Shown here piece by piece: positions 53,740 to 64,000 of a stretch of 64,000 bases of DNA. Made by a program: the position numbers and the translations under genes. This DNA is from Zygnema circumcarinatum SAG 698-1b. Its lineage: Eukaryota > Plantae > Zygnematophyceae. The stretch covers positions 62,001-126,000 of the forward strand of contig CM074806.1 in assembly GCA_037447605.1 (NCBI GenBank), read 5' to 3'. The stretch's first letter is position 1, and each line of letters begins with the position of its first letter. The notes under the pieces were generated by a model, which ran no database searches, was not told where the DNA came from, and saw only the letters and a program-made list of their open reading frames with translations.

Positions 53740-54515
53740 AGGACACGAGATGTCGAGGGAGAGAGAGGAAGGGGGGAGGCTGTGGGGAAGGGAGGACATA
53801 GGAGAAGGGAGATTGGAAGAGGAGGCGGCTGTGGGGAAAGGCAAAAATAGGAGAATGTCAGATAGTTTTGATTGGGAGAGGAGAAATGACTTAGAAATTA
53901 GAGTATGTACATAGGTGCAGAATGAAAGTGGAGACGGCGGGTAGGAGTACACGTCTCCGTAGCCAAGTAATGACAGAAGTTACAACAGAAATTTGGGCCC
54001 GTGGCGTTGCAGACTGGCAATAGAAATTGCACTTTTGTCTTTGTAGCAAAACTACTTCAACATCTCTCACCCAGAAAAATATCTGAAAGCACTTCCAAAT
54101 TTCAGAATTTCATCGCTTATCCTGTTGTCATAGGCGGGACTTAAAAAATAAAAAATAAAAAATAATTTCACATTTCCAGCCATTCATGACTAATTCGCGT
54201 GCCAAATGCAAGAAAGATTTAGATTGTAAGCGTCTATCTACGTACGTAAATATGCAAAACATCCCGGGGAAAAATAGAAAATAAAAAACATGGAAAGCAA
54301 AAAACATTTTTAAAGTTCAACTATCGACAATCTGGTCAAAACATAAACTAAAAGGAAAACACTGTAAAACACTGGAAAAATGAAGACTGGCTCTTTAACT
54401 TGCAAGTTAACCCTATCTTTTTTGCTTTCTCCCTGTCGCCTATCTTTCCCATTCAAAATCCTACTCTTTTACCCACCACTTCTCAAAAGTGTCCGACTAT
54501 ACACAGCAGTACCCC

Positions 54516-56961
54516 TCACTTCCTTAGCGGCTTATATAGCACAACCGTCACATACTTGGAGCGAAACCTATGTGTGAGCCCTAAAGCTAGAACAGACCTT
54601 GCCGCTTTGCCCTTTTCAACATAGAGGTGGTTCAAAATAACATGCTGAGGCCGCGGCAACGTGGTCGGAGTTTCCATGGACAACGGAACGTTCAACAGAG
54701 TGAGATGGAGATGAGGGGGAGCTGCAGGAGGCTCCTTCGCGTAGTCTTCAGGAAGAGGAAGAGGGCTGTTGTAGCTGCTGGGAGGAGACCTCGGAGGCTC
54801 AAACCCCGCCACATTGTCCAAATTTTCAGGGACATACTCCTGTCGGAAGAGAGGTGCAGTGTAGGGGAGACGGGAGGAGGAGTGAGGAGCGAAAAGGAAA
54901 GAACAAGGGAAGGGGAAAAGCGGCAAAGCAAACGAGGGCTATAAGATAGCGACGTGATTACCTTTCCCCTCCCTTTCCTGCCTCAAATTTTTCTGCTCCC
55001 TTCTTTTTCCTATCCTCCGCTTCTTCAACAATCCCTTTTCCCAACCCTAACCCAACACCTTTCTCCGTCCACTCTTTCTCCATCCACTCTGGACTTTTCT
55101 CTTCTCCCTCGCTTCAATTCTCTTTCCATTTTCCGCTCTCTGCCACTTCTTCCTCCTCCTCTCTTCCTTCAACCCCCTTCCCCCCTGCTCTACGTACCCT
55201 CCCCCTTCCCTCATCTGCACTCCTCCCCTCCCCATCTTCTCTCAACCCCCCTCCCTCCTTCCCGTCCTCCAACCCTCTGTTCCCCCCTCCATTTCTCCCT
55301 CCCTCCTTCCTGTCCTCAGCCCCCGCCTCCCCCCGCCCACTCCTCCCCCACCCCCTTCACTCATTTTCCCTTGCCTTCCTTTCCACCCTGTCCTCCCACC
55401 TTTCCCCCCTTCCCCCCCCCCCCATTTCTCCCTTCGTTCCCTCCCTTCCCTCCCTCCCCTTCTCCCCCCATCTCTCACCTGCACCTCGAGCACGTTGTTA
55501 ACGTTGCCCATCTCGTCGTAGACGGCGGGCAGGTCGGGCGCATATCGCCAGTGGTCGTCCACAATGAACTTGTACTGATACACGCCCGCCGGCAGGACCT
55601 TCACCAGCGTGAAGTCGCGCCCCGACCGCTCCAACGCCTGCCTGCCGCCGCCCGCCCGCCCCCCCTCGGCTCAGCCTCAGACTCAGGTTCAGACTCAGGC
55701 TCTAAGAGGGAAGCTGTGGGAGACAATGGAGGTCCGGAAGACGAGGCTAAGGGTGAAGAAAGAATCACGCGTTGAACTTTGTTGTCGACGAAGGGTAGGC
55801 GCGAGAACTACTTGTAAGGGCTCACGTTAGGAGAGGTACAACGGCAAACAACCACTGCAGCAGCATCATGGTTGTTTGCCCACAAAATTGGGTACGCAGC
55901 ATTGTCCACTAGTAACGAATCTAACAGTCCAAACTTCCTGAAACATGAAGGTAAAAAAGGTTTTCTGCCAGGAGATTTTGAAAGGTTGCCATCTTTCTAC
56001 CTTCGTTACACCCCTTAAACAGCTAACACTCAAAACTGTTGAAACTTGTTCGAACTTCTTCAAGCGGGCATGAAGAAATTTTGGATCAATCAATCAGAGT
56101 CAATAGCACGCTTCAAAATGTTAGACTTTTTCATTGATTAATAATTCTTCCTCCGTACCGAGTAGTCCAGTTGTCCCAGGAGCCATCAACAGATACAGAG
56201 TTGCCCCCATGCGTCCACGCGATCATTGTGGGCACTCCCTGCTCGTGCTCTCCCCCTCCCAGAAGATCCGCACCGCCATACATTCCGCCAGCTCCGGAGT
56301 ACCCGCCCAAGGAAAACTCATCAGCTTTCGGAATGGGGGCCATGGGGATCTGTGCAGAAAGCCATCCATTTCAGTCATCAGTCAGAGGCAGCAAGCAGGA
56401 AATCAGAAAGGAAAGGTTTCAACTTCGGGGTTTGTTTGTATAGGTTTAGACCTTATGCGAAGATGAGGGTGCATTCATGAGTGAGGGGATGGAAGCATGG
56501 AACATGGGCAAGCACATTGCGGAGGGGTTAGAATGTCCCCCCCACTGTCACTTGAACTTTGTGAATTCAGGGCGAGAAAGAGCACCAAAAAAAAACTTGA
56601 TTCCTAACATCTGATTCGTACGTTTCAACAAAACCTCCCTAACCTGATTCCCTCTTCCCAAACCCTAGAACCTCTCCTGAACCTCTTCCTCCCACCAGCG
56701 CCCTCCAACATAACCCCTAAGCGCCACATGCCAAGGCCACGTGCTTCGCCCAAAGATCTTCCCTCTCCCCAAAACCCCCGGACGACAGGGGCCACGTGTC
56801 ACCTGCGGAGTGAACATGAGCGGGGAGCGCGCGGCGCTTCCAGGGCTGTCGGGGGGGCTCGGCGCCATGTCCTCGCTCGAGTCCCGCCCGTCGAGGTGCG
56901 GACGGCCGTCCGCCTGCCGGCCGGCAGCCTTGCCGCCCTCGCGGCCGGCGGCGTTACCCAT
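54516..56961 (-). CDS. SnRK1/AMPK beta regulatory subunit
   Basis: Exons 56803-56961, 56159-56349, 55479-55641 and 54516-54839. MGN N-myristoylation start, CBM ([26 protein letters not shown]), ASC domain ([29 protein letters not shown]). Confidence 0.96.
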
Positions 56962-57356
56962 GCTACGTGGCAGCAGGAGTGGCACTTGGGAGGGGCAGGG
57001 AAAGGCGCGGACGGTGGGCCGGGGAGGGTTGCAGCTCTCAGGGGAGGCGGGAGGGCCAAAAGGGAGGCTGAGGCTGAGGGGGCTCAAAGTCCAGAACGAT
57101 CGAGCTTGCGTCTTTAGGGTTCGGAAGCTTTTCGGAGTTACGGGGTTGGGAGGGACTGGAAAGCGAGAGAGAGAGAGAGAGAGGGGCGGAGGGAGGAGGG
57201 CAGGCTTCAGGGAGGACGGCGGGGTCAGTTCAGCGTGCAGCAGACCCGGCAGCCATGGCGGAGACCTCGCGCCGACGCGACACGTGGCGGGGAAACACGT
57301 GCGGACGGGGCCGCGACGAGGATGCCACGTCCGACGGACGTGGCTGTCGGTCGCAT

Positions 57357-57521
57357 CCGTACGGAGGCCAGGGACTGTACACAACCGTACAGTCACGGTA
57401 CGGAGTAGGTGCCAGTGGACCAATGGATGCGTGCCACGCTGGAAAATGCTCGTACGAAAAGTGGAGGGCCACTGCTACTGTACGGCCCGCAAAGGCCGGC
57501 GTATCCGTACGGTTTCGTACG
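57357..57521. promoter_or_regulatory. CCGTAC/GTACGG cluster in the SnRK1beta / NmrA divergent promoter
   Basis: ccgtacgg at 57357 and 57505, ccgtac at 57385, gtacgg at 57398 and 57480, cgtacg at 57451 and 57516. Confidence 0.65.
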
Positions 57522-57901
57522 CCAGGCCATGGCTGCTTCCCTCTGCAGCAGCCTTCCTCGACGCGGATCCATGGATGGCTGCGGTGTGCGCAGGGCTGCT
57601 ACCGCAGAAAATGCGTCATGTTTGCGGGTCATAACCAACATGGAAACTACATCCGAATGCGCGCGCGTTCACCGTGCATGCGTGAGATGGAGCAGCAATT
57701 GTTTCCGTGGATTGGTTTCTGATTCGTGGATCGACGATGACCGGGTTTAGGTAGTTCGTGCGCAGCTCGGCGTTGTTTTAGGGCTATGGTTAGTGTGAGA
57801 GGATCTCGTTTTATTTCCGCCTCTCCGGATTCCATTTACTCTGACGGAGTACGATAGCAGCCTTTTCTTAGCTGCATTATATCTCCTGTTCGACCGCTGG
57901 G

Positions 57902-59229
57902 ATGGCGACCGATGGCTCCAAAATTAGGGTTTGCGTGGTGATGGCAAGCTCTCGGGTGGGGCAGGCTGCCATCTCCGCTCTTATTCGGCATCACGAGAGC
58001 CACGTGTCAGTGCGCGCGGTTTTCAGGTCAGCCGAGAAAGCGGCGTCCTCCCCCATGCCCCCCTCTGTTGACGTCGTGGCGGGCATAGAGGCCATGGATG
58101 CCTCCACGCATGGCCCCGCCTTCGAGGGCATAGAGAGCGCCTTCATCATCGCGCCACAGCTTGAACACAGGGTTGCCATCGTGAACGCCCTCCTCGACGG
58201 GGCCCACCGCCACGGCGTCCGCCACGCAGTGCTCATCGGCGGCGTCTTTCAGGAGGAGGAGCGCTTCCTCTTTCACCGCCAATGGATGGCCACGCGCCGG
58301 CATGCGCAAGGATTAGGGCTGACGTGGACGCAGCTGGAGTGCAGCGACTTCATGGAAAACGTGTACCGGAGCCAGCGCAGTGTCCGCGAGGAGAGGAGGG
58401 TCCTCCTGGCGGGGCGGGGCGGCGTCTCGCGGCCTGTGGCGCTGCCAGATGTCGGCCGGGCGGCGGCCGCGGTGCTGGCGGGGGGTGGGGCCCACCGCAA
58501 CCGCAGCTACAGGGTGGTGGGGCCCACGCCTGTTGGGCCGGCAGACATGGCGGGGGTCTTCTCTGATCTGCTGGGCTGCCACGTGTCCCTCGTTGACACG
58601 GAAGTTGCGGAGGCGAGGCAGGTGAGCGGGCATGTAACTTTTAGTTTGTGTTCTCCCTTTATCTTTTTGCATAGTTGGCTTGAGTGCATAGCTGTGAGGA
58701 AGAGAATAATTCATGGAAATGTCACGGTAAGGGCTGGACAATGATTGATCACAGAACTTGAGATAAAGGCTGAGCACTGCGGCGACGTACTACAGGTGGA
58801 GGTTATAGTTTGCAAGGAACATAATTTTTCAGAATTTAGCATAAAATTGTCATAAGCTGATCCAGCGATCTGCATTTCGTCCCGACGGAAGCCACAGCCA
58901 GCCTCCACAAGCAAACTGTTCTTCAATTCAAGTTTTTACACCCGCCAAAACTCTTGAGCATTTTCAAAACCTTAACATTTAAACTTGTAAAACTAGCACG
59001 AAACCCTTCTGTTTCAAACCCTAATTTTCCACTTTTGCATGCCCTGCTGCAGGCTGCCATTGACGCCGGAATAATGCCGAAATGGCAGGCGGAAGGCTTC
59101 TATGACTGGGTGGAGCTTTACTATGTGACGGGAAAGCTAAGAGATGTGGAGTCTGATATTCCACTTTTAGGGTTCGATCCGATAGATTTCAGATCATGGC
59201 TCGCAGCAAGAATATCCGATTTTCAATAA
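57902..59229 (+). CDS. NmrA-like / atypical short-chain dehydrogenase (Rossmann fold)
   Basis: Exons 57902-58621 and 59053-59229 join in phase 0. Pattern VRAVFRS.EKA, AF.G....F.IAP, GVRH.V, GL.WT.L....FMEN, V...DVG.AAAAVL, Y.V.GP......D.A..FS.LLG. Confidence 0.82.
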
Positions 59230-60471
59230 TACGTTGGGCAACCAACATTAATCTAACAAATTATTTTTGTTTTTCCTTTAATTCGTAAGTTTTTTATGGA
59301 GGCAAAAAATCATGTCTATTTTGTAGTTCCCTTGTGGCATAAGATTTTTTAGCATTTGTACGTCTCAATAAGGTGGTTTGCTTCTGGAAGCACATTAAGG
59401 AGGTATCCATTCTTTGATGCAAAAAGTGTCGAGGGGAGAACTTCCTGAGAGGTCTGTTGCAGCTGACGGAACTGTGAGACACATGGAAGCGCTCTGCCGG
59501 CTGTCTAGCGGCGAAGTTAGCAACTTCGTTCATGAAGACAATCGTGAAGACTTTGTGTACTGCCTCGACTGGTTGATGATTAGGGTTGCATCTAACTTCC
59601 AAGCGAAGACATAACTGCTTGGTAGCGCTTGCTCCTGTTGCTGCTCTTCCTGTTTGTCCGGTCCTGTTCAGATTTAGTGTGAGACGTTTCTTCTCCATGA
59701 TGTGTATCGGTTTAAAATGGCCTCATATCTCTCAGTGCTTCCCTTGCATCACACAGAGCCTGGGGTGGGAGTTGTTCGTCTCTGTCTCTATCTCTCATCT
59801 GCATAGGCTTGCTCCTCCTGTTGGGATTGCTTCCGATTAGCTCCTTGCTTCTGTACTCTTTATTGATCCGATTGACGATTGATCTTCATCAATCCGAGGA
59901 AAAAGGAGTAGCGACGGGAAGAGGTTTCCCTTTGACCTTGCTATTTCGATGGAACATTGAGAGAATAGACAGCTGCCACCTCGTAGCCATGGATGCCAAG
60001 CTCGCATGGCGGAGAGAGAAAGGAGAGGTGTGGAGCAGCCATGGCTGCGACGCTGGTGTCGTAATGCCACGCGGCATCTTCTTCACCTTAAGCAATGCAT
60101 TTCGGGCCGCCGTTCCATCCGCGTGCATGCAGCTCGACGGCTGCATTTTAGCCACGTCGCTGACTTGCAGGCGCAGCTTCCTTGCATGGCGGCCCCGTCA
60201 CGCGCCGCACATCATCTTGAAGCTGTTGATTCCTTCCAGATTCTGCTGTTTTCTTGCAATGGTCTGCGAAGTTTCGCTCAAACAAGAGCTTTGCTCGTCT
60301 CAGGAGCCTCAAAACTTCGGCAAATTTTACCCAACTAACCTTCACAGTAGCCCTGGTCCCGACACAGTCTATTCCTGAACCAATCATAACCCAAGGCAGC
60401 ATCCCAGTCTCCATCTCACCTCCAAGTTTTAGCTTATCCGTACTCCTGGTCGCTACTGCAAATATTGGAGG

Positions 60472-63312
<2,841 letters not shown>

Positions 63313-64000
63313 GGTTCAGGGCCAAGAGAGGAGGAAGAGAGGAGGAGGGCGGGGAAGGGAGGAGTGAGAGAAACGGGGTAAGGTTGAGAGGGAGACTGAG
63401 AATGGGGAGGGAGGGGGGGAGAGACAAGGGAGAGAGGAAATGGGAGGGAGAAAGGGAGAGGGGGAACAAAGGGACAGAGTGGAAGCCATAGGGACACCAG
63501 AGGGATGGGAAAGAAGAAGGGCGTATGTTTCCTGCCATGCTTTAATCTTCCAATGCCCAAAAAGTCATGCTGCAGTCATGCAGCAGTCTTCCACTCCTAG
63601 TCCACTTCATTGCTCCCACAAGCATTGCTCCATTGCTCAGTAGTCACCATTGTGGCAGCATCGAAAAATTGCAAAAGGTCATAAAGGCAGGGCGCAAAAG
63701 TTCACCAATTTCATTTTTTGTCATAAGCTCAAAAGTATATTAACGTAATCAAAACCGTGCGTTCAAAGCAATTTTGAAGCAGGAATTAACACAAGTATAT
63801 ACCAACTTACTCATTACTCTACTTTCTACGAGAAATCCCGCCAGCTACGATTTTTTTTGATTAATCTGTTTCGTTAAGTCCGCATAGGCTGTCGATGGCA
63901 GTTTGGCCTAATCTAAATTTTGCCGAAATTCCCACGTAAGTGGTTTCAGTCCCACGTTCAGTTTTTTCCACATGAGAAAAAATCCACGTGTGATTCTGAC

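Noticed and set aside
59294-60470. Overlapping ORFs on both strands between NmrA-like and EYA
   Set aside because: No motifs recognised; may be EYA leader/promoter sequence.

Overview
Eukaryotic, intron-rich, gene-dense nuclear DNA. The proteins I recognise resemble land-plant orthologues, but the introns are GC-rich and many acceptors are G-rich, so it is most likely a streptophyte green alga (inference; species not determined). I reconstructed 18 spliced protein-coding genes by hand from GT/GC-AG sites and remembered plant homologues: KAS II (3' part), NAD kinase, a cyanobacterial-like plastid protein, PHT4;5-like transporter, UGNT1-like nucleotide-sugar transporter, V-ATPase subunit A, glucosylceramide synthase, SIS/hexulose-phosphate isomerase-like, SPOUT1, F-box/Sel1, an aldo-keto reductase with a signal anchor, D27-like isomerase, mTERF-like, two head-to-head organellar small HSPs, SnRK1 beta, NmrA-like, and a divergent EYA phosphatase. 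Ten of these genes sit in five compact head-to-head pairs. Most supplied six-frame ORFs are artefacts of introns, GC-richness or microsatellites. I saw no rRNA, tRNA, CRISPR array or intact transposon. Best leads: (1) CCGTAC/GTACGG clusters marking most promoters; (2) the plastid+mitochondrial sHSP pair sharing an HSE/ABRE/RY promoter; (3) a probable secretory-pathway AKR; (4) a strong-context uORF and a (GGGCAT)n array upstream of the UGNT1-like gene; (5) a 13-bp duplication that displaces the mTERF stop codon. All homology calls are from memory and not from database searches. Exon coordinates are manual and may be a few bases off.
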